Source: Steroidobacteraceae bacterium
GTDB lineage: Bacteria; Pseudomonadota; Gammaproteobacteria; Steroidobacterales; Steroidobacteraceae
Length of the DNA: 64,000 bases
Reading direction: 5' to 3'
Assembly: GCA_036008385.1 (NCBI GenBank)
Contig: DASYNX010000082.1
Location: 15,867-79,866 of the forward strand
Part shown: piece by piece, positions 1 through 12,287 of the stretch
How positions within the stretch are numbered: the stretch's first letter is position 1
Layout: every line of letters starts with the position of its first letter
Made by a program: the position numbers and the translations under genes
Notes under the pieces: generated by a model
Seen by the model: the letters and a program-made list of their open reading frames with translations, nothing else
The model's database searches: none
What the model was told of the DNA's origin: nothing

Positions 1-511
1 GTCCGCGCGCTTCCGTGTAGCCGAAGCAGCTGCCGCTCGCGCGGTGGTTGAGCGCGCGTGTCAGCAGGCGCCGCCAGACATCGAGGGGAAAGTGGCGATG
101 CTCGGGCGTGCCCAGCCGGAAGCCGGGGCCGGCGGGGCGTGCCGCGTCGGCGAATCGCATGACTGTCGGCGCGGCGCGCCGCCACCAGGGGTTCAGCTGC
201 TCGCCCGCGGCTCGCGAGCGGCGACGCACCGGCCGCGGGCGCGCGATGAGATCGGCCACCTGTGCCCGGGCGCCCGCGTGCGTGAGCACGTAACCCTCCG
301 CCACCAGCAGCTCGTACGCGGCGATCACGGTGTTGCGGGCGATGCGGTAGGCCCTGGCCACACGCCGTGTCGAGGGCAGCTGCGCGCCCGGCAGCAGCCG
401 ACGGTCGAGGATCGCGGCGCGCAGCTGCCCATGGAGCTGGCGTGCGAGGCTCCCCGCACCGGTGGCCGTGAAGGCGATCGGGAACTCGAAGACTGGTTCC
501 TGAGGATTCAT
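1..511 (-). CDS. MocR/GntR-family transcriptional regulator, N-terminal part (runs off the window)
   Basis: Absent from the ORF track because there is no stop in the window. My translation from the ATG at 511-509 gives MNPQEPVFEFPIAFTATGAGSLARQLHGQLRAAILDRRLLPGAQLPSTRRVARAYRIARNTVIAAYELLVAEGYV... This is the canonical GntR winged-helix motif followed by a linker, as in PLP-aminotransferase-fused MocR regulators. Divergent from ygiQ. Confidence 0.75.
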   Translation of the reverse strand, partial: MNPQEPVFEFPIAFTATGAGSLARQLHGQLRAAILDRRLLPGAQLPSTRRVARAYRIARNTVIAAYELLVAEGYVLTHAGARAQVADLIARPRPVRRRSRAAGEQLNPWWRRAAPTVMRFADAARPAGPGFRLGTPEHRHFPLDVWRRLLTRALNHRASGSCFGYTEARG

Positions 512-630
512 AGGTTCTGGGGTCGCTGGGGGACCAGCGGGAGATTACACACCGCCGGCCGCGGGCGCCCGAGCGGCGCTGCGGCCGGCGCGTGACCGGC
601 TGCGGCGGCGCCGTCATAATTGCCGATCCC

Positions 631-2844
<2,214 letters not shown>

Positions 2845-3010
2845 CGCTGTCCGACGGTTTGACCAACTGCTCGCGACGCTGCGGCACGACGGTGCACCCG
2901 GCGCCGCCGGCCGTCAGCGGGAGTGCGCACGCGCTGTGGTAGCCGGGGCGTGCGCGCGGCGCGGTGCACGCGATTGCGGATGCAGGTGGCGCCAGAGTAG
3001 GGTGAGTGTC

Positions 3011-4534
3011 ATGAGAGCGCAGGCACGGTATGCCGGATGGCGGGGGCTGCTTGCGGTCGCCCTGACACTGGCGGCGGCGCGCCTGACCGCGGCGCCGGCG
3101 CCTGCGCCCGCCAAGGCCGCGCCGCCTGCAGTGGCAACATCCGCGGCCGCAACGCCCACGGCCGGATCGCCTGCTGCCGCCGCCGCGCCTGCGGCCACGC
3201 CACGGCCCGACGGCGGCACGGCTGCAGTGCTGGAGATCAACGGCGCGATTGGCCCGGCGACCTCGCGCTACGTCGTTCGCGGGCTCGCCGCGGCCCAACA
3301 GGGCGGCAGCCGTCTGGTGGTCCTGCAGCTCGACACGCCGGGCGGGCTCGACAGCGCGATGCGAGACATCATTCGCGCGATCCTCGCCTCGCCGGTTCCG
3401 GTGGTGGGGTACGTGAGTCCGCCGGGCGCACGCGCGGCCAGCGCCGGGACCTACATTCTCTATGCCTGCCACATTGCCGCGATGGCGCCGGCGACCAACC
3501 TCGGGGCGGCCACTCCGGTCGCGATCGGCGGCGAGCCCCAGCCCGCGCCGGTACCGCTGCCCGGCGGCGCGCGTCCGCCGGAGAAGAACGGCGGCGGCGC
3601 GGACTCCGGTTCGGGGCCGGGCAACAGCGGCGCACACGCGCCGGCCGAGCCGGCGAGCGCCATGGAGCGCAAGGTGATCAACGACGCCGTCGCCTACATC
3701 CGCGGGCTCGCCGAGCTGCGCGGTCGCAACGCCGACTGGGCCGAGCAGGCGGTGCGCGGCGCGGCGAGCCTGTCGGCCACGGCGGCGCTGCATCAGAAGG
3801 TGATCGATGTCATCGCCCGCGATATGCCGGATCTGCTGGCGCAGATCGACGGCCGTGAAGTGCGCATCGAGAACCGCACCGTGAAGCTCGCGAGCCGCGA
3901 CCTCACCCTCGAGCACATGAGACCCGACTGGCGTACGCAGCTGCTGGCGGTGATCACCAATCCCACCGTGGCGTACGGCCTGATGGTGATCGGCATCTGG
4001 GGCCTGCTGCTCGAGGGCTACAATCCCGGCGCGGTGCTGCCCGGCGTGGTCGGCTCGATCTGCCTGCTGGTGGCGCTGTTCGCGTTCCAGATCCTGTCGG
4101 TAAACTACGCCGGCCTCGCCCTGGTGCTGGTGGGCACCGGCATGATCATCGCGGAGTTCTTCTTTCCGACCTACGGTTCGCTCGGCGTGGGCGGTCTCAT
4201 CGCATTCGTGGTCGGCTCGCTCATTCTTTTCGATACCGACGTGCCGGGCCTCAGCGTCGGGCGGGGAGTGATCGCGGCATTCGCCACCGTGGGCGCGCTG
4301 GTAATTGCCTCCATCGTCTACCTCGCGACCCGCGCCATGCGTCATCCGGTCTCGACCGGGGCCCAGGCCATGATCGGCGCGAGCGCCGAAGTGGTCGCGG
4401 ACTTCACCGGCAAGGGGCGGGTGCGCTACGGCGGCGAGCTGTGGAACGCGCGCAGCAGCGCGGCGTTGCGCACCGGCGATCTGGCCCGCATCGTAAAGGT
4501 GGAAGGTCTAACATTGTGGGTCGAGCCGCAGTGA
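3011..4534 (+). CDS. NfeD-family membrane-bound ClpP-class serine protease
   Basis: ORF 2741..4534. Signal peptide after MRAQARYAGW. ClpP-like core is LEINGAIGPATSRYV...LDTPGGLDSAMRDII...ASAGTYI. Multiple TM helices and a C-terminal NfeD beta-barrel (RVRYGGELWNARS). Immediately upstream of an SPFH gene. Confidence 0.9.
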   Translation: MRAQARYAGWRGLLAVALTLAAARLTAAPAPAPAKAAPPAVATSAAATPTAGSPAAAAAPAATPRPDGGTAAVLEINGAIGPATSRYVVRGLAAAQQGGSRLVVLQLDTPGGLDSAMRDIIRAILASPVPVVGYVSPPGARAASAGTYILYACHIAAMAPATNLGAATPVAIGGEPQPAPVPLPGGARPPEKNGGGADSGSGPGNSGAHAPAEPASAMERKVINDAVAYIRGLAELRGRNADWAEQAVRGAASLSATAALHQKVIDVIARDMPDLLAQIDGREVRIENRTVKLASRDLTLEHMRPDWRTQLLAVITNPTVAYGLMVIGIWGLLLEGYNPGAVLPGVVGSICLLVALFAFQILSVNYAGLALVLVGTGMIIAEFFFPTYGSLGVGGLIAFVVGSLILFDTDVPGLSVGRGVIAAFATVGALVIASIVYLATRAMRHPVSTGAQAMIGASAEVVADFTGKGRVRYGGELWNARSSAALRTGDLARIVKVEGLTLWVEPQ

Positions 4535-4557
4535 GCGGCTGAACACCGGAGAGTTTT

Positions 4558-5304
4558 ATGCCGTTCGGAATCGCCGTATTCGTCATCATCGTGGTGCTGC
4601 TGTTCAGCGCGCTCAACGTGCTCAACGAATACGAGCGCGCCGTGGTATTCACCCTCGGGCGCTTCACCGGCATCAAGGGTCCGGGTCTGGTGCTGATCTG
4701 GCCCGCCATCCAGCGCATGCGCCGCGTCGACCTGCGCGTCATCGTGCTCAACGTGCCGAAGCAGGACGTGATCACGCGCGACAACGTGTCGGTGAAGGTG
4801 AACGCCGTCGTCTACTTCCGCATCGTCGATCCCGGCAAGGCCATCATCCAGGTAGCCAACGCCTTCGACGCCACCAGCCAGGTGGCACAGACGACGCTGC
4901 GCTCGGTCGTCGGCCAGCACGAGATGGACGACCTGCTCGCGCAGCGCGACAAGCTCAACGTCGACCTGCAGCGCATTCTCGATCAGAGCACCGAGAACTG
5001 GGGCATCAAGGTGTCCACCGTCGAGATCAAGGACGTCGATCTCGATGAGAGCATGATCCGCGCCATGGCGAAGCAGGCCGAGGCCGAGCGCACCCGGCGC
5101 GCCAAGATCATCCACGCCGAGGGCGAGGCCCAGGCCGCGCAGCAGCTCGTCGAAGCGGCGAAAGCACTCGCGCAACAGCCGAGCGCGCTGCAGCTGCGCT
5201 ACCTGCAGACACTCGCAGACATCGCCCACGAGCGAACGCAGCTCATCGTCTTCCCACTGCCGCTCGACCTGATCAAGCCGTTCTTCGGCCCGCACGGTGA
5301 ATAG
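4558..5304 (+). CDS. SPFH/band-7 (stomatin-like, slipin) protein
   Basis: 248 aa with an N-terminal TM helix, then EYERAVVFTLGRF...GPGLVLIWP and an EAERTRRAKIIHAEGEAQAA coiled coil. Classic NfeD-SPFH operon pairing. Confidence 0.92.
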   Translation: MPFGIAVFVIIVVLLFSALNVLNEYERAVVFTLGRFTGIKGPGLVLIWPAIQRMRRVDLRVIVLNVPKQDVITRDNVSVKVNAVVYFRIVDPGKAIIQVANAFDATSQVAQTTLRSVVGQHEMDDLLAQRDKLNVDLQRILDQSTENWGIKVSTVEIKDVDLDESMIRAMAKQAEAERTRRAKIIHAEGEAQAAQQLVEAAKALAQQPSALQLRYLQTLADIAHERTQLIVFPLPLDLIKPFFGPHGE

Positions 5305-5668
5305 CAGCCGTGCGCTGGCCGCCGCCGGGCTCTTGCTGGCGCTCGCCACCGCGTGCGGCGCCTTCGGCGCCCACGCCCTCAAGGGTCAGCTCGCTGCGGA
5401 GCGGCTGCAGCTGTGGGAGACGGCCGTGCGCTATCAGTTCTTCCAGTCCCTTGGGCTCATCGCGGTGGGCCTGACGTTGCGCACGCTCGACGGCGGCGCG
5501 CTGCGCGCCGCGGCGGCGCTGCTCGCCGCCGGCACGCTGTTGTTCTCGGGGAGCCTCTACGCGCTCAGCCTCGGCGCGCCGCGCTCGCTCGGCGTGCTCA
5601 CCCCGCTCGGCGGTATCGCCTGGATCGGCGCCTGGCTGCTGTTTGCAGTCGGCGTCTGGCGCCACTGA
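5297..5668 (+). CDS. DUF423 (YgdD/TMEM256-like) membrane protein
   Basis: 123 aa with four predicted TM segments. CGAFGAHALKG...WETAVRYQFFQSLG motif is characteristic of DUF423. 8-nt overlap with the preceding gene. Confidence 0.8.
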   Translation: MNSSRALAAAGLLLALATACGAFGAHALKGQLAAERLQLWETAVRYQFFQSLGLIAVGLTLRTLDGGALRAAAALLAAGTLLFSGSLYALSLGAPRSLGVLTPLGGIAWIGAWLLFAVGVWRH

Positions 5669-5701
5669 AGCCGGCAAACTTCATCTCCAGGAACGTCACT
5701 C

Positions 5702-7786
5702 ATGTTGACTCGCACGCAACTGACCCTGCTCGCTCTCATCGCCGCCCTGGCAGTTATCGTGCCGCGCTCGCCGGCACCCGCGGCGGCCGCGGCGTCCACG
5801 GCGGCCGCGCCGGGCGCTGCTCCGGCCGCACAGGCGCAGATCCCGCCCTGGGGACTCGACCTCACCGCCCGTGATCCATCGGTCAAGCCGGGCGATGACT
5901 TCTATCGCTACGCCAACGGTCATTGGCTCGATACGCACAACATTCCGCCCGACCGCGCGCGCTGGGGCGCGTTCGACGCGCTGCAGGAGCGCTCGCTCCA
6001 GCAGGTGCGCGATATCCTCGAGGCGCTGCCGGCCACCGCGAGTCCGGGAAGCAACCAACAGAAGCTCAGGGATTACTATCGCGCCTACCTCGATACCGCG
6101 GCCATCGACCAGCTGGGGCTCGCGCCGGCGCGCGCGGGCTTCGATGCCATCGCCGCCGCACGCAGTTATGAGGACGTGGCACGTCTCATGGGCCGTGCGG
6201 AGCTGCGCCTCACGGCGCCGATCGGCTTCGACACCGATCCCGACGAGAAGGATCCGGACCATTACATGGCGGAGATCCTGCAGAGCGGGTTAGGACTGCC
6301 GGATCGCGATTACTACCTGAAGGACGAGCCCGTCTACCGCGAGCTGCGCACCAAGTACGCCGCGCACATCGAGCGTCTGCTGGCGCTCGCCGGTGTCGCG
6401 GATGCGGCCGCGGCGGCGAAGTCCGTCGTCGAGGTGGAAACGCAGATCGCCAGCGCGCACTGGCCGCGCGCCAAGAGCCGCGAGCGCGACCTGACCTACA
6501 ACCCGCACACCCGCGAGGAGCTGGCCACCTTCGCTCCCGGCTTCCCCTGGGCGGCGCTGCTCGGCGGGGCGGGACTCGATGCGCAGCCGCGCTTCATCGT
6601 GCGCCAACCCGATGCGGTGCAGGCGCTGTGTGCACTGTTCGAGAAAGTGCCCGTGGAGCGCTGGCGGACGTACCTCGAGTACCACTACCTCGTCGGCAAC
6701 GCGGACGTGCTGCCGAAGGCCTACGACCAGGAAGTGTTCGACTTCTACGGCCGCACCCTGAACGGCCAGCCCGAGCAGCGGGCCCGCTGGAAGCGTGCGG
6801 TGAGCTCGGTCGACCGCGGACTCGGTGAGGCGGCCGGCGAGTTGTACGTGCAGCGTTATTTTCCGCCCTCCTCCAAGCAGCAGATGCTCGAGTTGGTCGA
6901 GAACCTGCGCGCCGCTTACCGGCAGCGCATCGCCCATCTGCCGTGGATGGGCCCGGCGACCCGCAAGCTGGCACTGGAGAAGCTCGCGGCGTTTCACCCG
7001 AAGATCGGCTACCCGGACAAGTGGCGCGACTACTCCGGCCTCGAGGTGAAGGCGGGGGATGCGTTCGGCAACGTCGCGCGCGCCGTGGCCTTCGAGTGGC
7101 AGCGTCAGGTCAAGCGCCTCGGCGGACCGACCGATCGCGGCGAGTGGGAGATGACGCCGCAGACCATCAACGCCTACTACAACCCGACCTTTAACGAAGT
7201 GGTGTTCCCCGCTGCGATCCTGCAGGCACCGTTCTTCGATCCGCATGCCGATGCGGCCATCAACTACGGTGCGGTGGGCGGCGTCATCGGACACGAGATG
7301 GGTCACGGCTTCGATGACCAGGGCGCCAAGTCGGACGCGCGCGGTGTGCTGCGCGACTGGTGGCAGCCGCAGGACGAGCAGGCGTTCCACAAGCGCGTCG
7401 ACCGGCTCGACGGGCAGTACTCCTCGTTCGAGGCGCTGCCGGGGCTCAAAGTCAACGGCCGGCTCACCCTTGGTGAGAACATCGGCGACCTCGGCGGCAT
7501 GTCGGTGGCCAACGAGGCCTACCATATCTCGCTGCACGGCAAGCCCGCGCCGGTGCTCGACGGCTTGAGCGGCGATCAGCGCTTCTTCCTCTCCTGGGCG
7601 CAGGTGTGGCAGGAAAAGCAGCGCGATGAAAACCTGCGTAACCAGGTCACCAGCAATCCCCACAGCCCGGCAAAGTTCCGCGTCAACGGCGTAGTGCGCA
7701 ACGTCGACGCCTGGTACCCGGCCTTCAACGTGCAACCCGGCGAGAAGCTGTATCTCGCGCCGGAGGAGCGCGTTCACATCTGGTGA
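5702..7786 (+). CDS. M13-family zinc metallopeptidase (PepO / endothelin-converting-enzyme-like), secreted
   Basis: 694 aa with a signal peptide. HEMGHGFD zinc motif, ENIGDLGG and the NAYY motif of neprilysin-family peptidases. Confidence 0.92.
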   Translation: MLTRTQLTLLALIAALAVIVPRSPAPAAAAASTAAAPGAAPAAQAQIPPWGLDLTARDPSVKPGDDFYRYANGHWLDTHNIPPDRARWGAFDALQERSLQQVRDILEALPATASPGSNQQKLRDYYRAYLDTAAIDQLGLAPARAGFDAIAAARSYEDVARLMGRAELRLTAPIGFDTDPDEKDPDHYMAEILQSGLGLPDRDYYLKDEPVYRELRTKYAAHIERLLALAGVADAAAAAKSVVEVETQIASAHWPRAKSRERDLTYNPHTREELATFAPGFPWAALLGGAGLDAQPRFIVRQPDAVQALCALFEKVPVERWRTYLEYHYLVGNADVLPKAYDQEVFDFYGRTLNGQPEQRARWKRAVSSVDRGLGEAAGELYVQRYFPPSSKQQMLELVENLRAAYRQRIAHLPWMGPATRKLALEKLAAFHPKIGYPDKWRDYSGLEVKAGDAFGNVARAVAFEWQRQVKRLGGPTDRGEWEMTPQTINAYYNPTFNEVVFPAAILQAPFFDPHADAAINYGAVGGVIGHEMGHGFDDQGAKSDARGVLRDWWQPQDEQAFHKRVDRLDGQYSSFEALPGLKVNGRLTLGENIGDLGGMSVANEAYHISLHGKPAPVLDGLSGDQRFFLSWAQVWQEKQRDENLRNQVTSNPHSPAKFRVNGVVRNVDAWYPAFNVQPGEKLYLAPEERVHIW

Positions 7787-10362
7787 AGTCCGGGCTGCCT
7801 ATCGATGAGGCGCTGCCGGCGCTGCGCGCAGCCCTGCAGCGGCACCATGCCGCCGTGCTGCAGGCGCCGCCGGGCGCGGGCAAGAGCACGGTGGTGCCGC
7901 TCGCGCTGTTGGATGAGGACTGGACGCGCGGCCAGCGGCTGCTGATGCTCGAGCCGCGGCGGCTCGCCGCGCGCGCGATCGCCGCGCGCATGGCGCACAC
8001 ACTCGGCGAGAGCGTCGGCGCCACCGTCGGCTACCGCATGCGCCTCGACACCCGCGTCTCGCGCGCGACGCGCGTGGAGGTGGTGACTGAGGGCGTGCTG
8101 ACGCGGCTGCTGCAGGACGACCCGGCACTCGAGGGCGTGGCGGTCGTTATCTTCGATGAGTTCCACGAGCGCAGCCTGCAGGCGGACCTGGGACTGGCGC
8201 TCGCCATCGATGCGCGCGCCACCCTGGCACCGCAGCTGCGCCTGCTGGTGATGTCGGCTACGCTCGACGGCGAGGCGGTGGCGCAGCTGCTCGCCGATGC
8301 GCCGCTCGTCAGCGCCCCGGGTGAGGCTTTCCCGGTCGAGACACGCTACGCCGGCAGCGGCCTGCCCACGCTCCCGCCGCCTCCCGGGGTGCGCGGGCCG
8401 CAGCTGGCCGCACTCATCGCGCCGCTCGTCACCCGCGCGCTGCGCGAAGAGCGCGGCGACCTGCTGGTGTTCCTGCCGGGCGCGGGCGAGATCCGGCGCC
8501 TGCAGACGCTGCTGGCGCAGGCGCCCGCGGCCGCCGCGGGCGTCGCGATCCTGCCGCTCTACGGCGAGCTGACGGCCGCGGAGCAGGACGCCGCACTCGC
8601 CCCCGCCGTCGGCGGCGCGCGCAAGGTCGTGCTGGCCACCAACATCGCCGAGACCGGGCTCACCATTCCCGGCGTGCGGGTGGTGGTCGATGCAGGGCTC
8701 ATGCGGCGCGCACGCTTCGATCCGGTCACCGGCATGAGCCGCCTCGAGACCGTGCGCATCTCGCGTGCCTCGGCGGAGCAGCGGCGTGGCCGCGCCGGCC
8801 GCACGCAGCCCGGAGTGTGCTATCGCGCGTGGAGCGAGGGCGCGCAGGCGGCGCTGACGGCCTTCACGCCGCCGGAGATCATGGAGGCGGATCTCGCGCC
8901 GCTCGCGCTGGAGCTGGCGAGCTGGGGTGTCCGCGAGACGAGCGAGCTGCGCTGGATCGATGCGCCGCCGGCGGCGATGCTCGCGAGCGCGCGCGATCTG
9001 CTCGAGCGACTCGGGGCGCTGGACGAGACCGGGCGCATCAGCGCGCACGGGCGTGAGATGGCGCGCCTCGGCGTGCACCCGCGTCTCGCGCACATGCTGC
9101 TGCGTGCCCGCGACCTGAACGCCGTGCCACTCGCAGCCCAGCTGGCCGCGCTGCTGTCGGAGCGCGACGTGCTGCGCGGCGGCGGCGCGCGGGATGCGGA
9201 CATCCGCACCCGCCTCGAGTTGTTGCACGGCGGCGCTGTGCCAGCGGGCGCCGACCGCGCCACGCTCGCACGCGCGCGCCGCGCGGCCCGCGACCTCGAA
9301 CGGCTCGCCGCGGGCGGCGCCCCGGGCAAGGCGCGCAACGCCGGCGCGGGTGAGACCCGCGGCGACGTGGATGCCGGCGTGCTGCTCGCGTTCGCCCATC
9401 CGGATCGCATCGGTCGCCGGCGCGCCGGGGATGGCGGTCGCTTCACGCTCGCCAACGGCCGTGGAGCAGCCTTTGCCGAGGCGCAGGCGCTCGCGCGCCA
9501 GGAGTTCATCGTGGCCGTGGACCTCGACGATCGCGAGCGCGATGCACGCATCCTGCTGGCCGCTCCCCTCAGCCGACAGCAGCTGCTCGAGCAGTGCGGC
9601 GAGCGCATCCGCGAGCGCGAGTCCGTGGAGTGGAGCTCGCGCGAGCAGGCGGTCCTCGCACGGCGCACGCTGGAGCTCGATGCGATCGTGCTGGAGGAGA
9701 AGCCGCTGGCACCGGTGCCGGTCGAGGCGGCGCGCGCGGCGATGCTTGCGGGCGTGCGCGACCTCGGCGTTGCCGCGCTTCCCTGGGACCGCGCGGCGCG
9801 CGACCTGCAGGCACGCATCGGGTTCGTGCGCCGCGCGCTCGCGGAGGCTCCGGGAATGCCGCCGGAGTGGCCCGACGTATCCGATGACGCGCTGCTCGAG
9901 TCGCTGGACCGCTGGCTCGCGCCGTGGCTGGAGGGGGTCACGCGCCGCGAGCACCTGGCGCGCGTGCCGCTCTGTGAAGCGCTGCAGGCGCAGCTCAGCT
10001 TCGCGCAGCAGCGCGAGCTCGCCGAGTGGGCGCCGACGCATCTCACCCTGTCGGGCGACGCGCGCGTCCGCGTCGACTATCGCGACGACAGCGCACCCGT
10101 GGTGTCGGTGCGGCTGCAGGAGGTGTTCGGGCTCGCAGCGACGCCGCGCCTCGGTCGCGGCCGTGTGCCGGTGACCTTCCGGCTGCTCTCGCCCGCCCAG
10201 CGCCCGGTGCAGGTGACCCGCGATCTCGAGAGCTTCTGGCGCGGCTCGTACGCCCAGGTGCGCAAGGACCTGCGCGGCCGCTATCCCAAGCACTACTGGC
10301 CGGAGAATCCGCTCGAGGCGCAACCGATGCGCGGCACGCGCCGCCCGCCGGGCCGGCGCTAA
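7783..10362 (+). CDS. hrpB: ATP-dependent RNA helicase HrpB
   Basis: 859 aa. Walker A is APPGAGKST, DEAH-type box is DEFHER. HrpB C-terminal domain is present. GTGA overlap with the upstream gene. Confidence 0.93.
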   Translation: MKSGLPIDEALPALRAALQRHHAAVLQAPPGAGKSTVVPLALLDEDWTRGQRLLMLEPRRLAARAIAARMAHTLGESVGATVGYRMRLDTRVSRATRVEVVTEGVLTRLLQDDPALEGVAVVIFDEFHERSLQADLGLALAIDARATLAPQLRLLVMSATLDGEAVAQLLADAPLVSAPGEAFPVETRYAGSGLPTLPPPPGVRGPQLAALIAPLVTRALREERGDLLVFLPGAGEIRRLQTLLAQAPAAAAGVAILPLYGELTAAEQDAALAPAVGGARKVVLATNIAETGLTIPGVRVVVDAGLMRRARFDPVTGMSRLETVRISRASAEQRRGRAGRTQPGVCYRAWSEGAQAALTAFTPPEIMEADLAPLALELASWGVRETSELRWIDAPPAAMLASARDLLERLGALDETGRISAHGREMARLGVHPRLAHMLLRARDLNAVPLAAQLAALLSERDVLRGGGARDADIRTRLELLHGGAVPAGADRATLARARRAARDLERLAAGGAPGKARNAGAGETRGDVDAGVLLAFAHPDRIGRRRAGDGGRFTLANGRGAAFAEAQALARQEFIVAVDLDDRERDARILLAAPLSRQQLLEQCGERIRERESVEWSSREQAVLARRTLELDAIVLEEKPLAPVPVEAARAAMLAGVRDLGVAALPWDRAARDLQARIGFVRRALAEAPGMPPEWPDVSDDALLESLDRWLAPWLEGVTRREHLARVPLCEALQAQLSFAQQRELAEWAPTHLTLSGDARVRVDYRDDSAPVVSVRLQEVFGLAATPRLGRGRVPVTFRLLSPAQRPVQVTRDLESFWRGSYAQVRKDLRGRYPKHYWPENPLEAQPMRGTRRPPGRR

Positions 10363-10405
10363 TCGGGTATATTCGCGCGCTCACGGCCGGCGGGGGTCAT
10401 TCGCG

Positions 10406-11032
10406 ATGATATCGGCACGCGCCGCTCTCGATACTTTGTGTGAAGGCAACCGCCGCTTCGTCAGTGAGCTCGGGTTCGAGGCGGGCGCGCTCCGCACGCG
10501 GCGCCGCGAGCTGCCGGAGGTGCAGGAGCCGTTCGCCATCATTCTCGGCTGCTCGGACGCGCGCGTGCCCGCCGAGATCATCTTCGATCAGGGGCTCGGC
10601 GACCTGTTCGTCATCCGCGTGGCGGGCAACATCGTCGCCCCGTCGCAGGTGGGTAGCGTCGAGTTCGCCGCCGAGACGTTCGGCACACGGCTGGTGGTCG
10701 TGCTCGGGCACACCGGCTGCGGCGCCATCCATGCAACGCTCGAGCAGCTGCGGCGCCCCTCGCGCGAGCAGTCGCGCAACCTGCGCACCATCGTCGAGCG
10801 CATTCGCCCGGCGGTGGAGGGGTTGTTGGAGCGCGGACCGCCGCGCGATCTGCCAGCGCTCGAGCAGCAGGCCGTGCGCGCCAACATCCGCATGTCGGCC
10901 GATCACCTGCGTCACGGCTCCGAGGTGCTCGAGCAGCTGATCGAGAAGGACGGCCTGATGGTGGTGGGGGCGGAGTATTCGCTCGCGACTGGCGTGGTGG
11001 ATTTCTTCGACGGCGTGCCCCTGGCCCGCTGA
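10406..11032 (+). CDS. beta-class carbonic anhydrase
   Basis: 208 aa. Zinc ligand motifs are CSDARV and HTGCGA. Confidence 0.9.
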   Translation: MISARAALDTLCEGNRRFVSELGFEAGALRTRRRELPEVQEPFAIILGCSDARVPAEIIFDQGLGDLFVIRVAGNIVAPSQVGSVEFAAETFGTRLVVVLGHTGCGAIHATLEQLRRPSREQSRNLRTIVERIRPAVEGLLERGPPRDLPALEQQAVRANIRMSADHLRHGSEVLEQLIEKDGLMVVGAEYSLATGVVDFFDGVPLAR

Positions 11033-11094
11033 AGCGCGTGGCACACCGGGCCCCGGCCCGGGTCAGAAGATCGGTGGCTGGCTGCCACCATTTG

Positions 11095-11595
11095 TCACGA
11101 CGCCCCGCGATTGGCCTCGGCCGGCGTAGCGGCGGCGGCGCGCCCGCCGCGCTCGAACCAGCGCTCGAGCCAGTGATCGACCGACAGCCGGCCAGGACCT
11201 GCGATCGCGAGCCACAGGAACAGCGCCAGGTACTCGAACTCGTCGAAGCCGAGCAGAGTCTCGAGCGAATCGACCTCGGCCCACTTCGCCGAGCGGATGG
11301 CCACGATCATGGTGACGCCGAGCGCGCCCGCGGAGATGCGCGTCAGCAGTCCCAGCAGCAGCAACAACCCGCCGAAGAACTCGACTCCCGACACGAACGG
11401 CGCCAGCAGCTGCGGCGCGGGGACCCCCCAGCCGACAAAGTTCTCGGTCACCTGCGGCAGGTTCATGAGCTTGCCCCAGCCGCTCAGCAGGAATACCCAG
11501 CCGACCGTAATGCGGGCAAACAGCGGTGCCAGCCAGGCGAGATGCCCGGCAACGCGCCGGGGCCAGTCGATGAGCCATTCAACCAGGAACTTCAC
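11095..11595 (-). CDS. DoxX-family membrane protein
   Basis: Frame of ORF 11095..11745. RITVGWVFLLSGWGKL...FVSGVEFFGGLLLLLGLLTR is typical of DoxX. Start set at the GTG at 11595, preceded by GGAG at 5-nt spacing. Confidence 0.8.
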   Translation of the reverse strand: MKFLVEWLIDWPRRVAGHLAWLAPLFARITVGWVFLLSGWGKLMNLPQVTENFVGWGVPAPQLLAPFVSGVEFFGGLLLLLGLLTRISAGALGVTMIVAIRSAKWAEVDSLETLLGFDEFEYLALFLWLAIAGPGRLSVDHWLERWFERGGRAAAATPAEANRGAS

Positions 11596-11708
11596 GGTAA
11601 CTCCTGTGTGTGCGGGAACAGTTGGCCGAGCAGACCGGGCAGTCCGGCGCGATATTGCCGGAGCCGCGGTCGCGCATGCGTATAATCGCCGCCTTCGGCG
11701 AACCCGGC

Positions 11709-12287
11709 ATGCGCAATTCTCAGCCCGAATCTCCGGTCTCCTCAATTAGCGAGCGGCTGCCCGGATCCGAGGTGCGGGCGGCATTCAGCCAACTGCTCGA
11801 GTCGCTGCGCCCGGACCTGCTGCGTTTCGCGCACTGGCTCGCGCGTGACCGGGCGATCGCGGAGGACATCGTGCAGGAGTCGCTGCTGCGGGCCTGGCGC
11901 TCCCAGGATTCCCTGAAGGACTCCGGCGCTGCGCGCGCCTGGCTGCTGACCATTGTGCGCCGCGAGCACGCACGACTGTACGAGCGCAAGCGCCTGGAGC
12001 TCGTGTCGCTCGAGGAAGTGGCCGAAACTCACGCAGGCCCGAGGGTGGCGCAACCCGACGGCGACCTCTTTACGCTGCGTCATGCGATCATGAGATTACC
12101 GATTGAGTATCGTGAGCCTCTCGTCCTGCAGGTCCTCGGCGGATTCTCCACCGAGGAGATTGCGCGCGAGCTGGCCCTTTCCCCGACCGCCGTGCTGACG
12201 CGCCTGTTTCGTGCGCGCAACAAGCTGCGTGTGATCTGCGGCATGGCGGCCGCACCTGACGTGACCGGCGGCGAGGCCCTGTCATGA
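11709..12287 (+). CDS. ECF (sigma-70 group IV) RNA polymerase sigma factor
   Basis: Region 2 is DIVQESLLRAW...LLTIVRRE and region 4 is STEEIARELALSPTAVLTRLFRARNKL. Start at the ATG at 11709 within ORF 11610..12287. ATGA overlap with the downstream anti-sigma gene. Confidence 0.9.
   Translation: MRNSQPESPVSSISERLPGSEVRAAFSQLLESLRPDLLRFAHWLARDRAIAEDIVQESLLRAWRSQDSLKDSGAARAWLLTIVRREHARLYERKRLELVSLEEVAETHAGPRVAQPDGDLFTLRHAIMRLPIEYREPLVLQVLGGFSTEEIARELALSPTAVLTRLFRARNKLRVICGMAAAPDVTGGEALS

Noticed and set aside
7774-10323. Very long antisense ORFs. Examples: 849 aa opposite hrpB; 725 aa at 46999..49176 opposite htpG; 699 aa at 43606..45705 opposite ppnN; 571 aa at 41555..43270 opposite mltD; 553 aa at 2684..4345 opposite nfeD; 373 aa at 508..1629 opposite ygiQ.
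   Set aside because: Their translations are Arg/Ala/Gly/Pro/His-rich with no recognisable motifs. Each lies exactly opposite a gene with strong family signatures. These are classic shadow ORFs of GC-rich DNA.
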